Assembly: GCA_964016885.1 (NCBI GenBank)
Contig: OZ024753.1
Span: forward strand, 36,828,001-36,892,000
Source of the DNA: Eledone cirrhosa
Taxonomy: Eukaryota
Direction of reading: 5' to 3'
DNA length: 64,000 nucleotides
Shown: in pieces, positions 33,461 to 48,918 of the stretch
Layout of the letters: the number at the start of each line of letters is the position of its first letter
Position numbering within the stretch: the stretch's first letter is position 1
Translations under genes and position numbers: made by a program
Notes under the pieces: model-generated
The model's input: the letters and a program-made list of their open reading frames with translations, nothing else
Database searches by the model: none
What the model was told of the DNA's origin: nothing

Positions 33461-34193
33461 ATTTCTTTATTAGCCACAAGGGCGCACAAGAAAAGGGGAC
33501 AATACAAAGACATGCCGGGGATTTTACATACAGTCGTGTAAAAAATATAAAAACAAACAATTACAACAATTGAAATCCCCAATAGGGGGGAGGCGCCACA
33601 AATGGGTTGTTTAATACCCCGTCGATAGAACAACCCTCAACTCCAGGAGCGTGTTGTGCAAGTGCTCCTTTCTTCCTTTTGCTCTCTTCGTCAACCTACA
33701 GGCTTATAAACAGAAGGCCCAATCACTCGGGCCATTTTCGCTTCATTCATCCACCTTTCAGTAAATTTACTGGGGTGCAGTGCCTCTCTCTCCACCCTGA
33801 TTCTCCTTCTAAAGTGATACTTAAGGAAGGGAATCAATTGTTGTCCGGAGAGAAAGGCATCTGTCCTCAGTCCTCTCAACCTCGTCCACCATATAACTTC
33901 TTTCACCATAGCCACTGTACAGAGGAAAACCGCCTCTCTTTCGTTTTTTAAAGAAGCTGGCGGTTTGATCCTTACTATGGACTCAGCAGTCAACTGGATT
34001 TGTCCCATACGCGACAACAGTTGTTCTGCATAGTTCCACAGGTCAGTTACACCCGGGCAGTGTACAATTGCGTGCAGGACTGTTTCAATGTCCTGCGTGC
34101 ATCTTGGACACGTCCTCTTGGAAGGATATCTGCCAGGGCGTCCGTGCCTATAGATCTTGTCACGAACCGGTAGAGCTCCTCGGTAGCACTGCC

Positions 34194-34195
<2 letters not shown>
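33461..34195 (-). mobile_element. 5'-truncated L1/Tx1-clade LINE (ORF2 C-terminal zinc finger at 33691-34195 plus 3'UTR)
   Basis: W..YRGALPVRDK...CPRCTQDIETVLHAIVHC...LW is a zf-RVT-type CCHC motif. Flanked by (GATA)n. Confidence 0.88.
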
Positions 34196-34274
<79 letters not shown>

Positions 34275-34581
34275 CATAGATAGATAGATAGGCTATAATG
34301 AGCTTTTTCTTAGAAATCAGACACATAAAAACATAAATATGGATGTGAAGGTGAGAATGAGTAAGAGAGAGAGAAGCAGAGAGTGAAGCAGATAAAGTGA
34401 GAAAGAGAGAGAGTGAGAGTAAGAGAAATAGAGAGAGGGAGAGAGAGAAAGAGTTCGTGAGAGAGAGATATAGATAGTGAGTGTGAGGCAGCCGTTAAAC
34501 AGAAATAATATAAAGAAAGTTGTAGCTGCAGGCTCAGTGCTGGACAAACAGACAGTGGAATCATCCTGAACTCTAATGACT

Positions 34582-34713
<132 letters not shown>

Positions 34714-34769
34714 CATATATATACATATATATACACACACACATATATATATACGTGCGTGTGTGTGTG

Positions 34770-34802
<33 letters not shown>

Positions 34803-34905
34803 GTACATATACATATATATGTACATATACATATATATATACATATATATATACGTATATATATATACATATGTGTGTGTTTATATATATATATATACAT
34901 ATATA

Positions 34906-34995
<90 letters not shown>

Positions 34996-35824
34996 GAAAA
35001 AGTAAGGTAAAAAATATAAAAATATCGTACTGTATGTGTGGTGGGTGGTAGTTTAAGTATTGAACTAGAGGTGCAATTGTGGATTATATTGGATAATAGC
35101 AGATAAGGGTAGAGTCGTACGACTTATTGGTTAAGGCGTTCGGTTCTCGACCGTAACGTGTACAAGTTAAAATATATTTTATTTTGAAAGAATGGGGCGC
35201 ATATCATGGAGAAGGATGTGTCTTGGTGCAACATGCATAACATATGCATGTGAGGATATGATTCGTGACTTATTGGTGAAGGTGTTCGGTTTAAGGTCGT
35301 AACGACTACAAATTGAAAAATATTTTATTTTGAAAGAATGAGGCGCATATCTTGGAGAAGGATAGGCATATTGTAGAAAAGCCCAAAATGTTACATACAT
35401 ATATCAAATAGATGTAAAGTCACATATCTTAGTGGTTAAGTTGTTCGGTTTACGACTTTAATGAGTTTGAACTATGTTGTAGAAGATGCAGTCTTAATGA
35501 TTTGTTTTTCTTTAGTTTTGTCAGAACACGATGTGACAAAAACTAAGTTTTTCAGCCCAACCAAACGGCAAGATGAAATCCTTTTATTTGGAAAAATGGG
35601 GGTATATAACTGAGAAAAGGAGCTGCATCTTGTAGAGCTTGACGTCACATTGTTCGTGTGTGTGTATGTGTGTGAGTATATTATCATACACGCCTGATGG
35701 TTTCCTTCGAACGAAACAGTTCTAGTCCTACAGAAGCCATTTATATATATATATCTACATCTATATCTATCTATATATCTATATCTATCTATCTATCTAA
35801 TATATATGTATTTTTGTTTATAAA

Positions 35825-35869
35825 GCTCTGATGATGCCTACCCAATGGTATGGATGAAACATTGTCAGC
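35825..35869 (+). ncRNA. Minimal type I hammerhead ribozyme, family H
   Basis: gct CTGATGA tgcctacc caat ggtatggat GAA AC att GT C agc. Confidence 0.7.
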
Positions 35870-35927
35870 AAATAAAAATTGTATGAGTATGTAGGCGTTC
35901 TTTGATTTCTTTTACATATATATATAT

Positions 35928-36002
<75 letters not shown>

Positions 36003-36004
<2 letters not shown>

Positions 36005-36193
36005 CGAAGGAAATGTGGTAAGGAATCAGGTGGACCATAACGCACCAAAGTACTCAATACTTAGGGTAGTAGAGTGGGTAATAGGAACGAGTAGGACCCC
36101 GACGGCTGAGCTCAAGCCGTTTCGACGGCTAATTCTGGACCAAGAATTAGCCGTCGAAACGGCTTGAGCTCAGCCGTCGGGGTCCTACTCGTT

Positions 36194-36196
<3 letters not shown>
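36003..36196. mobile_element. PLE family B palindrome of two half hammerheads plus tail
   Basis: Perfect inverted repeat of about 55 bp centred near 36140. The tail is on the left and (TA)n flanks both sides. Confidence 0.82.
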
Positions 36197-36258
<62 letters not shown>

Positions 36259-36274
36259 GGGGTTCCATCTATAA

Positions 36275-36308
<34 letters not shown>

Positions 36309-36721
36309 GTTCCTGTTTTACTTTCATGTGTTTCATTTCAGTTTCTATATTTTTATCATCTCGTGGTTCTCACAACCTCAGACTTCAATTCTCCACACCA
36401 CATATGACGCACGTTTTATTTAGAATCAGTTTTGTTTTGTATTTTCACCTTCTTTTACAATCTTCCCTTTTCATCATATCTAGTAACTGTACCATTATTA
36501 TATTTAACTTCCAGTAGAAAGAACCAGTAAATAAACAGTCACACTCACGCAAGCATGAAACTCAATTCATAGCATGTGTGTTGCTCTATTATTCATAATA
36601 TATATAGAAAAGGTATGCACCACGTACACAGATGTTATCACTCGTCCATAGCCGTCTTCATCTATTTATCGAATTATCTGCCTATTTTTCTATTTAAATG
36701 CACGTACACACAAATATACAT

Positions 36722-36761
<40 letters not shown>

Positions 36762-36829
36762 AGAGATAGAGAGAGAAAGACAGATTGAGAAAGAAATATG
36801 TATGTGTATTTATATGTATGTATGCAGAT

Positions 36830-36860
<31 letters not shown>

Positions 36861-36888
36861 ATGTATAATAAACAATACAATATAATTA

Positions 36889-36958
36889 CCTCATTACCAG
36901 AGGTTTCCCGAATAAGACGAATACAAAAAAAACGTCCTCATTCGTTCGTCAGACAAGG
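36889..36958 (-). ncRNA. Type I hammerhead ribozyme, family I
   Basis: ccttgt CTGACGA acgaatgaggacg...cgtcttattcgg GAA ACC tct GGT A atgagg. Stem I includes G-U pairs. Confidence 0.78.
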
Positions 36959-37901
36959 CAATTTAAAACATAGTGAAATATTTGAAAAATCTCCTCAAGA
37001 ACGGCAAAAGTTTAACGGGCAAAAAAAATATATAAATAAAAGTAATGCAAGAGATATATAAAAATAAAATAAGGAAATATAGTAAGGGTATGTGTATAAA
37101 TGTGTGTATATTCACCTACAAATGCACATATGTGTGTATGTACAAATGCATGTGTATAGTGAAAAAAATGTGTGCATAAGTACATATATGAGGGCAAGCA
37201 TATCAGTGTATGTGTGACCACAAATACGTATATAATATATGTTGAAAAAAGAAATTGTAAGATAATAGAGTTAGCGTACATAGAGACTCAGGGAGTACAT
37301 TGTTGTAACTAATTATACTTAACTCGTCCTATCGACTGAGTGCTCTTACCCTTGGATATTTCCAAAGGAGGAGGAGGATGAGATGAATGGGGGGGGGGGG
37401 GGTGATGATGATCATGATGATAGTGAACTCGAAACAAAGAGCTCGCTTTACACGGCGAGACGTACCCTAACCCCTACCTCAATGCCTCAAACCCCGAAAT
37501 TTACATTTCTCCTGGAAATATAACCTCGATAATACCATAGTTGAAACATTGGAAGGAATATCACTGTTCACATATCTGTCATATTGGTATGTCTTTACAG
37601 AAGACTTCTTTTGTCGAGATTGAAACATTTTTAAAGCTTAATCTTCTACTCTTGTAATTGTTTATTTTATCATTGCTGTTATTATTAATATCATTATTGT
37701 TATTATTAATATCATCATCATCATCATCATCATATATATATATATATGTGTGTATATCACATTTTTGGGGGGGGACTCCAAATATCCCAATTCTATATAA
37801 ACTCCCGCCCATATATATACACATCCACTGTAACCTGTGTCTTTAATATCACCTTCATCCGGTATCCTCTCTATCTTATAAATGAAATCATCATCATCAT
37901 T

Positions 37902-37945
<44 letters not shown>

Positions 37946-37971
37946 TTTTGATAATAGTTATTATTATTATT

Positions 37972-38067
37972 ATGAGGTTGACTTTGCCTTTCATCCTTAC
38001 GAGGTCGATAAAATAAAGTACCAGTAATGCACTGGGTAAATGCTGGCTTGTGCCTAAAGTAGAAACA

Positions 38068-38122
<55 letters not shown>

Positions 38123-38716
38123 GGTGGATTTGCAGTATCGGTAGAGGGTCGGACGCCATGCTTTCTAGCATAGTTACGTCCCTTTACGATCTGAGTTCAA
38201 ATCCCGCCGAGGTTGACTTTGCCTTTCATCCTTACGGGGTCGATAAAATAAAGTACCATTAATGTACTGGGTAATTGCTGGCTTTGTGCCTAAAGTAGAA
38301 ACATTTATTATTATTATTATTATTATCATTATTATTATTATTGTAGTTAGAGCGGTAAAGCGTCGGGCAACATGTTTTGCGATATATAGTTACAACCCTT
38401 TAAATTCTTAGTTCAAATCCCACCGATGTTAGCTTTGCCATTCATCCTTACGAGGACAATAAAGTACCAGTCATGCACTGGGGTGGATTTAATCGACTTC
38501 TCCCCCCCCCCTTAAAATTGCTGGCCTTATACCTAAAGAAGAAACAATGATTGGCAGTATCGGTAGAGAGTCGGACGCCATGCTTTCCAGCATAGTTACG
38601 TCTCTTTACGATCTGAGTTCAAATCCCGCCGAGGTTGACTTTGCCTTTCATCCTTACGGGGTCGATAAAATAAAGTACCAGTAATTGTTGGCCTTGTGCC
38701 TAAAGTAGAAACAATT
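37972..38716 (+). mobile_element. Cluster of four tRNA-derived SINEs (family 1) with (ATT)n tails
   Basis: Repeated A/B boxes and core. Each copy ends near cctaaagtagaaac. Confidence 0.9.
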
Positions 38717-38917
38717 ATTAATATACCTCATTACCTCTGAAGACAATGCTCTTCATTTCGCAAGCATTACAATATAATTCAGTGCTTCATGTCAAAATAA
38801 TTTAGCCTGTTCTCGCTTCAGAAAACAAAGAAAATCTAAATGATTTTAGACTGGTAAACTCTATATGTGATATCAGGTAAATCATTTACCACTGGGGAAA
38901 TGTAATATCTATACGTG

Positions 38918-38972
<55 letters not shown>

Positions 38973-39033
38973 GCACAAGTGGCTTTTGATATATATAGTA
39001 TATAGTATGTGTGTCTGTGTGTGTGTGCATGTA

Positions 39034-39083
<50 letters not shown>

Positions 39084-39090
39084 CATATAC

Positions 39091-39184
<94 letters not shown>

Positions 39185-39702
39185 GCACACACACACACAG
39201 ACACACATACTATATACTATATATATCTACAGTCACTTTCAAATTTCTTGAAAATTATCAGAAAAACAGAGAGATTTAGAAGTTAGAAGATTATAGAAGT
39301 TGAAGAGAAAGAAATGGAAAGAGTTTGTAATTCTTGAAAGTTTCTCGCTGGTTTTTGTGTGTCTGTGTGTGTGTTTTTTTATAGTTTTCTTTTGTTAATT
39401 TTTTCGAATTGAATTACAACAATTACAGCGATTGTTTTGTAGACTTATTAGAAGTGACACGCACATCACAATAGCTACACCAAACATACATATGTATGTA
39501 TAAAAGTATGCATGTATTTGTATGTATATATATATATATGTGTCGATGTCTGTCTCTATGTGAGTATGTATGTATTTATGTATATATAGATGGTTGGATG
39601 AGTATGGAACAGCTTTTCTTTCAAACACACATATACATACATACATATACATGTGTGTGTGGGTGGGTGTGGGTGTGTGTGTGTGTAGTGTGTGTGTGTG
39701 TA

Positions 39703-39784
<82 letters not shown>

Positions 39785-40059
39785 TGTGTGTGTGTGCGTG
39801 TATGTGTGTAGTGTGTGTGTGTGTGCGTGTGTGTGTAATACAAAAACACGACTGGGCTTCAGTTCGATCGTGTTTATTAAGGACTTTTGATATTTTTTAA
39901 TTAGTACTTATTTCTTTTGGTAATGGGACTTCAGACGGCAATGTCTGTCAGAGTGGTTCATTATAACTTCATTTCATCTATTTGTAGCTAATTCTTGAAT
40001 TTGGCCGGGTCTTCTGTTAGTATAAATAAGAACGAACAATCAATGTAAAGTGAAAATAT

Positions 40060-40270
40060 TTATCATTAATCAGAGTATTGCTGGAGAACTAAAGACGAAA
40101 TTGTTATTGAATTTCTTTTGTGGGAGCCAACATAGGGATGATGCAGCAGAGGTCGACAAGCCAAGTAGATTTGAGACAACATAAACTACAATACCTCTGA
40201 TCTGCTGAATATAATTAGATGGCGACAGAGAGTCAAGGGAATCCATGCAAGCAATGTGACCTATTGATAT
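40060..40270 (+). pseudogene. Decayed RTE LINE 3' end
   Basis: LLWEP...RGR and RWRQRVKGI remnants with stops, resembling 31738-32118. Confidence 0.5.
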
Positions 40271-40796
40271 TGATAGAACACTATTAGGTGAAAGATTATT
40301 ATTGACTAAAGATTGTTATGACTAATGCTTGTTTATCCTTTTCGTACCAACCGTTCAGAATTGCCTGTCTCTGGTTCTATGGAAGAAAACCACATATTTT
40401 TTAAATTACAACCTTCCGACATAATTTGATATAAGAACCATTTGTTAAGTTATATCACATATATCATCTAATAGTGAAAATGCTTAATAATTTGAATAAT
40501 CTTGTCCAAATTCTTTATTAATTGATTCATATGTCGTGTATTTCGTTAGAAATTTAGAAATATAGTAACGAATGCGTTAAGGAACTGAAAAGCGAAGATA
40601 AAATTTTGGCGCAGCTGAAGAATTACAGCTTCTGTATCACAACTATCACAAGAATGTCTCTTCTCGGTTACATTGAATACAGAATCATGAAAACTTGGCA
40701 TTGTTTACAATAAAAATGCAACATTTGTTACCTAATTAGCAAACATATGGTCTTTCAGGAAGCAATTGTTTATTATTAGCTTGCATTATTGGTTCA

Positions 40797-40980
40797 TTGG
40801 ATTGGCAGTATCGGTAGAGGGTCGGACGCCATGCTTTCCAGCATGGTTACGTCCCTTTACGATCTGAGTTCAAATCCCGCCGAGGTTGACTTTGCCTTTC
40901 ATCCTTACGGGGTCGATAAAATAAAGTACCAGTAATGCACTGGGTAATTGCTGGCCTTGTGCCTAAAGTAGAAACAATTA
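40797..40980 (+). mobile_element. tRNA-derived SINE (family 1), young copy
   Basis: tggcagtatcgg A box, gagttcaaatcc B box and a complete 3' end. Confidence 0.9.
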
Positions 40981-41569
40981 TTGGTTCATATATCACTGAG
41001 TGGCTAACAAGATCAGCCATAGAAACACAATCTTGATCATGAGTTAAACATTTAAACGGATTCTGAAATTCTTAATATGTGTGGAGTTTGCTTTCTTTGC
41101 TTCACGTTTAAATCGTGTATGTTAAATACAGTTCTCTATTTCTCTTCAAAATGATAAGGCGCAGTGTGTATAATGTTATTCCATAAATTGTATATAATAT
41201 ACCACAATATAATATTTTTTTCAACGATAGACAAGGTCCCAGACCTCATTAGTTTCTCAAATAGAGGTGGAACTCGTCAAATCGGACCATCGAAACTTCT
41301 TTTTCCGTCATTTAAGGGTCTTCACCCTATTTTATGAGCAATCATACCTTATATCATTATTATCATTTAGAGGAAAGGAAATTGGCAGAATCGTCCAACT
41401 CCCTCCGAAATCGAATTTATAGTCTGGGATCGATAAAATAAAAAATACCAGTTACATACTAGGGTCGGTATCTTAGTAACCAATTTTATCATTTCCACCT
41501 AAAGGGTATTGATTTATAATTCGTTTCGTAATCCTACCAATAATTTTCATTCACGCTATTATTAAAATT

Positions 41570-41780
41570 GGTTGGCAGAATTGGTAGATTGTCGAAGGAA
41601 ATTGTCTGTGGTATTTGTACCGGCTCTCTACGCTCTGAGTTCAAATTCTATCGAAGCCAACTTTACCTTTTATCCTTCTTGGGTCGATAAAATAAAGCAC
41701 CAGCCATATACAGGATCAGATTTAATCAACTTTCCTCACTGGCTCTGAAAATTGCTGGCCTTGTTCAGAAATTAGAGACC
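41570..41780 (+). mobile_element. tRNA-derived SINE (family 1), diverged
   Basis: tggcagaattgg...gagttcaaatt...gggtcgataaaataaag...aattgctggccttgt. Confidence 0.8.
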
Positions 41781-42089
41781 ATTGTCATCATAATTTTCTC
41801 ACATATATATTTTTTTCATTTATTCTTAATTTTTTTTACTAGTTTTAGTTATTAGGCGGCGGCCATACTGGGGCACTTTACCTTATTTATTTCTTCATTT
41901 ATTTGTCACAAAGAACGAGCGTTTAAAACGGATTATTCGCTTTGATGGAGTCTCGGTCTTTCTAACCGTTTTATCCATTAGAAAGATGAAAACCTATCTG
42001 ACGTATTATTAATGGTGGCACCGAGTAATTTACACTTTGAAAGGACAGCGATATAGATATAGATATATATATATGTGTGTGTGTGTATA

Positions 42090-42174
<85 letters not shown>

Positions 42175-43128
42175 ATATATATATATACACATTCATATAA
42201 AAACATACATACATATATATATATATATGCATACATACATATAAAAACATACATACACATACATATATATATATACACGCTCGTACACAAATATACATAT
42301 ATATATATCTATGTGTGCCTTTGTGTGTATGTGTATGTATATATGTGTGTGTGCATGTGTAACATATAACAAAGTTGTCAACACATTATACATATCTAAT
42401 ATTACGAGTGTACTGTGATCTTATTTAAAAAGACGTTGCTTGGGAAATATAGTTATTAGTGACGGGGGTAGAATGAGGAGGAGGGTTAGAATGGGGGGGG
42501 GGCTTGTGTTTTATGTATATTGTAGGATTATTTTTCTCTCATCATTTTTTTATTTTTTATTTTATTTTTCATCATTTTTTTTTAAGGGGATATTCTTTAA
42601 TTCCTTCTTTGGTCGGTTGAAATGGTTGACACCTTTCACTTGCAAATTTCTTCCTTATATTCTGCCATAAACATCAACATCAACAAAAAAAGCAACAAAG
42701 CATTAAAAAGAAAAAAAAGAATTAGAAAAGCTAACGAGGCCTAACTAGATGTTTAAAAGGAAATCCTGTAAAAGATTTAACCAGATGTTCCTTTGCATGT
42801 ATGGAATGTGTTATAGGAGTGAGTACAGACACCCAGACACCCTGACATCACTGATGCAGTGATGATATTAACCTTTTTGATACCCACTCGCCTGAAACAA
42901 CCCCTTAGATTTATGAAGTAAAACTGTTCATTTTAAAATGTTCGTACTTACATTAATGTTTTCCATTATGATTTTATTTAAGAAATTTTTGTTTTATTAG
43001 CTTACTAAATAAATGGTTAGTTATTTCATTGAACTCTTCATTTTTTTTTTAAATAATTCAAGACTCAAACTCAGCGTACTTCAGAAACTAAAGGGTTAAT
43101 AATGGTAATAATGATTGTGAGAGAATAT

Positions 43129-43250
43129 AGCTTAGGGATTAGGGTGTTTGACTCATGTTTGTAATATCGATTCCCGCAGGTGTGTTGTGTTCTGGAGTAA
43201 GAGACTTTATTTCTCGTTGCTCAAATTCACTTAACTAGAAAAATTGAGCT
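43129..43250 (+). mobile_element. tRNA-derived SINE (family 2), diverged
   Basis: ttagggtg...tcgattcc...ctttatttctcgttgctc. A reverse copy lies at about 45755-45860. Confidence 0.55.
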
Positions 43251-43504
43251 ACTACGTCTGTAATTCAAATAGGATTGAGAACAGTTGTCCAAATTGATCC
43301 CAGCATATGATTTATTTCAATGAAATCCAGTTCCCATGAAAAGTTTACTAAAATTAATCAAGGTGGGATTTGAACACCGGACAGAAAAGGGCGGGAATTA
43401 TAAGCCACAGAGCTTGGCAATCTAATATTGCAAACAATGTGTGAAAATAAAAATATAATTTGCTAGTCTCAATTTGAAAATTAAAAAGATGAATACACAC
43501 ACAC

Positions 43505-43535
<31 letters not shown>

Positions 43536-43666
43536 GATAAATCTACCAAGAGTTTACGGTAGTGTCCAATCCGTATGAAGAACTCAATGTATTCCGGATA
43601 TCATGGAAAGAAGAGATGTAATGAAAAATCACTTTCGGTGAAAGATAAACGGTATACAGAGTCAAG

Positions 43667-44087
43667 ATAAAATATTAAACAAATAATGAATAAACAATGA
43701 AACAGTTCCTTATATTAAACAAAAAAAGTTCATTATTTAACGATCGTTTCTAGGATATAAATGTGTTAGAATTGGCATGCATATTCAACAGATCTATGTA
43801 CAAAATTATACAAAATTATACAAACTATCAAGATTAAATAAACATACCAACACATATATACGCCGTCTTCAGAAAAAATTTCTGAAGACGGCGTATATAT
43901 GTGTTGGTATGTTTATTTAATCTTGATAGTTTGTATAATTTTGTATAATTTTGTACATAGATCTGTTGAATATGCATGCCAATTCTAACACATTTATATC
44001 CTAGAAACGATCGTTAAATAATGAACTTTTTTTGTTTAATATAAGGAACTGTTTCATTGTTTATTCATTATTTGTTTAATATTTTAT
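43667..44087. mobile_element. Palindromic PLE-end element, family F, with long-stem-II hammerheads (43735-43875 minus, 43878-44019 plus)
   Basis: Apparently perfect arms of about 209 bp with a 3-nt spacer. Motif attt CTGAAGA [115 nt, closing helix tatatatgtgttgg/ctaacacatttata] GAA AC gatc GT T aaat. Confidence 0.75.
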
Positions 44088-44165
44088 ATATATATATATA
44101 TATATAAGGCTTCCAAACGACTTAAAGATATATATATATATATATAAGGCTTCCAAACGACTTAA

Positions 44166-44218
<53 letters not shown>

Positions 44219-44805
44219 CTATATATACGTTTATGTACAACTATGTACGCAAACAAAATATATACTATAATATTACACACGTATTTAGCTTAGCTTTTTA
44301 CATATACATACATATATGTGTGTGTGTGTGTGTGTTTATATATGTATTTACGTATGTATGCATGCATGCATATATATATATAAATATATATATACACGTA
44401 TGTGTTTGTATGTGTGTATATATGTATATATAGGAATGTAAGCCTATTTATCATTAACCATTAGATGCTTTTACGTGAATCACACAGCGAATTAATTGAT
44501 ATCGAAATAAACATCCTAGTTAAGAATCTAATACATTTTAAATTACCCTTTAGTATTTATGGAACAGCGATACTCAATGTATATTTGGCGTATATTGTTA
44601 TTCTATAAATAATATATAGTTATAGCACGATTCGTTGAACAAACTAATTTGAAAATGAACTCGAATCTTGTTATAAGTAAATTTTAATTTGATAAATAGG
44701 AAAGAAGGTAAAGAGTGTAAATACAAAATGTTGTATGTAATCTATATATATTTATATGGTGATTATTGTGATAGGAACGTATCGATGAAATCTCGTAATC
44801 TATCT

Positions 44806-44926
<121 letters not shown>

Positions 44927-45242
44927 TATGTATATATATACATATATATATATATATACACATATACGTATATATATATATAGAGAGAGGGGGAGAGAAA
45001 GAGAGAGAAAGAGAAAGTCAGGACCCCGACGGCTGAGCTCCGGCCATCCTGACAGCTAGGTCCGAACTTGTGCTGTTTAAAGCGCCTAGTCGGTATATCG
45101 GAGATATGGGATTCGATTCCTGATAACGGGCGATAGTAACCTCTTTTTCCATCTTTATGAGTCGTCACGCCATTTGGTAAACTATGTGGTACCATCTCTG
45201 CACATGGGCATACAATCCTTTATATTAAACATTATATATATA

Positions 45243-45342
<100 letters not shown>

Positions 45343-45410
45343 CACCAGAGAATTTCCGACCGTTAAGGTTGATTTCCATGGGTATGTCGTTATTTATAAA
45401 ACAAATTTTG

Positions 45411-45475
45411 TATTTTATCTGATGAAAGCGCACCAAGATTGGCTTGGTCGCCCTTGAAATATATATAATAAAATA
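45411..45475 (+). ncRNA. Minimal type I hammerhead ribozyme, family C (within PLE end at about 45340-45610)
   Basis: tattttat CTGATGA aagcgcaccaag attgg cttggtcgccctt GAA AT atat AT A ataaaata, with an 8-bp perfect stem I. Confidence 0.85.
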
Positions 45476-45606
45476 AATATGGTTTTATAAATATAGTTTC
45501 CATTTATTAATATCTTGGAATATTTACTCCAGTAATCTGTTGAGTGCTCTATATGAGTTATAAACATTTATGTTTGTCGGAATTCCAACAAATTAAATAC
45601 AACTTC

Positions 45607-45661
<55 letters not shown>

Positions 45662-45754
45662 AACGATCGGCTTTCGTCAAACCGGACCGAGGAAGCAATG
45701 TTTCCATTGGTCTTTCCAATTGGTAATACTATTTATCGGTCGCAGCTCCAGGTA

Positions 45755-45990
45755 GAAGGAGCAACGTGAAATAAAGGACATAACGCATCGCCCAGTCCGG
45801 GAATCGAACTCATAACCTCACGATTGCGACGAATCCAATTCTTCTAACCACTCAGCCACACTTCGAAAGGGTGAAAGGCAAAGCTGACCTCGGCAGGATT
45901 TGAAATCAGAGAGGGAGAACATAGAACAGAGAGTCGGAACAAATAGCGCAAAACATTCTATCCAACGTTCCAACAATTTGCCGCCTTAGG
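45755..45990 (-). mobile_element. Adjacent SINE fragments (family 2, then family 1)
   Basis: gggaatcgaactc...ctaaccactcagcca, then gaaaggcaaagctgacctcggcaggatttga. Confidence 0.7.
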
Positions 45991-47601
45991 TTATTATACT
46001 GTATTAATATTGGAGCTACTTTATTTATATACAGTCTCCAAAATCGAAGAATGTGGAATGTTACCAAATGCTTTTCGGTAATCGATCCATGAGATGTTAA
46101 CATTTTTATTTTCTTATTTTCTCTTTGTTTTTTTGTTTTGTTTTTTGGTGGGGGGGATTCTTTTTAGTGTTTTTCTTTTTTTTTTCGTTCAATAATTTGC
46201 CGATAAACCAGTAACTGTTATTTACAACCATACATGCTTTTTCCGACATTCACTTCTTCTGGTAAGATATTATTGGTTTCCAGGTGAACAGTTATCCTGT
46301 TAAAAGGTATAAGTGTACGGTCTTTTCTATGTTGTCGACAAACAAATTATAGGTTATGTGTCTTTTATTTGTGTTACTGTTGTTGCTATTTTGTTTTTTA
46401 CTTTGCAAATCAATATTGTTTTCCCCTTTAACAACTATCCAGCTGTTAATTCTAGTCTGTTTACTAAATTCATTTAATGATGTTGCCGAAAATTCCGGAA
46501 TACTTTTATTCTTTTAGTCTTACGGTCCTTTGCTGCTTTCAGCAATTGAACTGCGACCATGCTGGAGCCCTGCTTTGATTTAATTGATCATACCTATCCC
46601 CTACCTCTTACTCCATTACGTATTATTTTTAATTTTGGAACTTATTTTGTTGATTTTTTTTTGTCGAACCCCTAAATTACGGACATAAACGCAAGCACAG
46701 ACATAAATATTAACATAGACACAAACATACAAACAGTCACATATAGAAGTGTTTGCGAAACAAATTCCTTAACCACCAAAGGGTAAAAGATATGGTCACA
46801 GACACACAAAAGTCGCATAGACCCAAACACCATATTAACACTAACTAGCTTTCCAAACCTCAATAATTGTAGAGGTCAAAAATTAGTTAAGTCAAAATCA
46901 ACAGGTTTTTATGAACTGTTCACCCTTATAGTTGAGTATATTGTTATTTCACTTGATACATATTAAAGTCAGCTCAAATGTTCATAGGCTCAAACGTTCA
47001 TGGGCTAACCAAGATACTCTCCTGGAATAGCCAAATGAGGTTTATTTTTCAACATAGTCCCTGGAAAGAAACAATGCAGTTATTAATAAGAGTTGAAATT
47101 AATGTTTTCTAGACTTCACAGCTCTAGCATCACTGCTTCATAGTCAGCCTATGAATCGTTCAGCCCACCCTCGTATATATACAATGTAGACAATAATTTC
47201 CTAGTTTCGATCCCTCCTCTTCATTTCATTTCATTTCATTTGAGTTTGAGTCCATGCTCAGGCCAAGTCGAAGACTCCACCCTCTGATTAACATTCGTCC
47301 CAAATGCCTCTATTGCACAATGTTCCGCCCCTGGGAAGAAAGTAACTCCAGTTTGAGAAACACTTTTCTAGAATGTACGTCTAAATACCATGTATAAATA
47401 TTATGAGGTTGAATATTGCAAATTAACATATAAATAAAAAGAGTATCGAGTTTGTCAGAAGTAACTGGTTAAGAAAAGCGAGAAGGAGAAGGGGAGGAAG
47501 AAGGCCTCGAAGTAATAATGTCTGTAGCATAACATCTAATATCGTGTGAGATGTTGTCTTAGAGCATCCGAAGACAAAAGAAAGTTAGTAGGTTATTGGA
47601 A

Positions 47602-47654
<53 letters not shown>

Positions 47655-47671
47655 TATTGCGTGTGTATGTG

Positions 47672-47819
<148 letters not shown>

Positions 47820-48101
47820 ATGAGTGTATATGTAAATGAATGCACAACTTAAACATATAGAGAGTTAGAAGGACAAAAGTAGAATACTGACAATTGTGCA
47901 TTTACCTATCTGTTTACCTATCTCTCTGCCTTTGTCTTTGTATTTATATATATATATATATGCGTATATATATATATATATATACGCGTAATCATATATA
48001 TGTGAGTATATGTGTGTGTATGTGTGTATATACTTATATATATATTTATATATATATATATATATGCAAATATACATATATATGTATATATATATATGCA
48101 A

Positions 48102-48157
<56 letters not shown>

Positions 48158-48242
48158 GCAAATATGCATATATATCTATATATATATATGCATATTTGCA
48201 TATATATATATATATATATATATATGCAAATATGCATATATA

Positions 48243-48359
<117 letters not shown>

Positions 48360-48398
48360 GCAAATATGCATATATATCTATATATATATATGCATATT

Positions 48399-48448
<50 letters not shown>

Positions 48449-48462
48449 AATATGCATATATA

Positions 48463-48542
<80 letters not shown>

Positions 48543-48567
48543 CATATATATATATATGCAAATATAC

Positions 48568-48627
<60 letters not shown>

Positions 48628-48825
48628 GCATTTGAATTTGTGTCTGTAAGGGAGGCGGGTGGGGGTGGACACGCGATCACCTGATAGTGTGTTTTTTCCG
48701 CTTATATGGTTATTATCTGTTGCTATTGCTGCTATTGGTTATGTCTATTAGGTGACGTATTAGACATGCATTTCTGAGATGCGTATCACCTGGACATAAA
48801 TCTATGTAGCGCATTCTCTCTCTGT

Positions 48826-48894
<69 letters not shown>

Positions 48895-48918
48895 TATTAT
48901 ATATATATATATATATAT

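Noticed and set aside
35690-35742. Family A hammerhead copy
   Set aside because: The core is CTGATGG, the site is mutated (ctaca) and stem I is truncated. It counts only as a remnant.
40797-40885. tRNA gene
   Set aside because: A and B boxes are present, but they run into a multi-copy SINE core and I see no clean cloverleaf.
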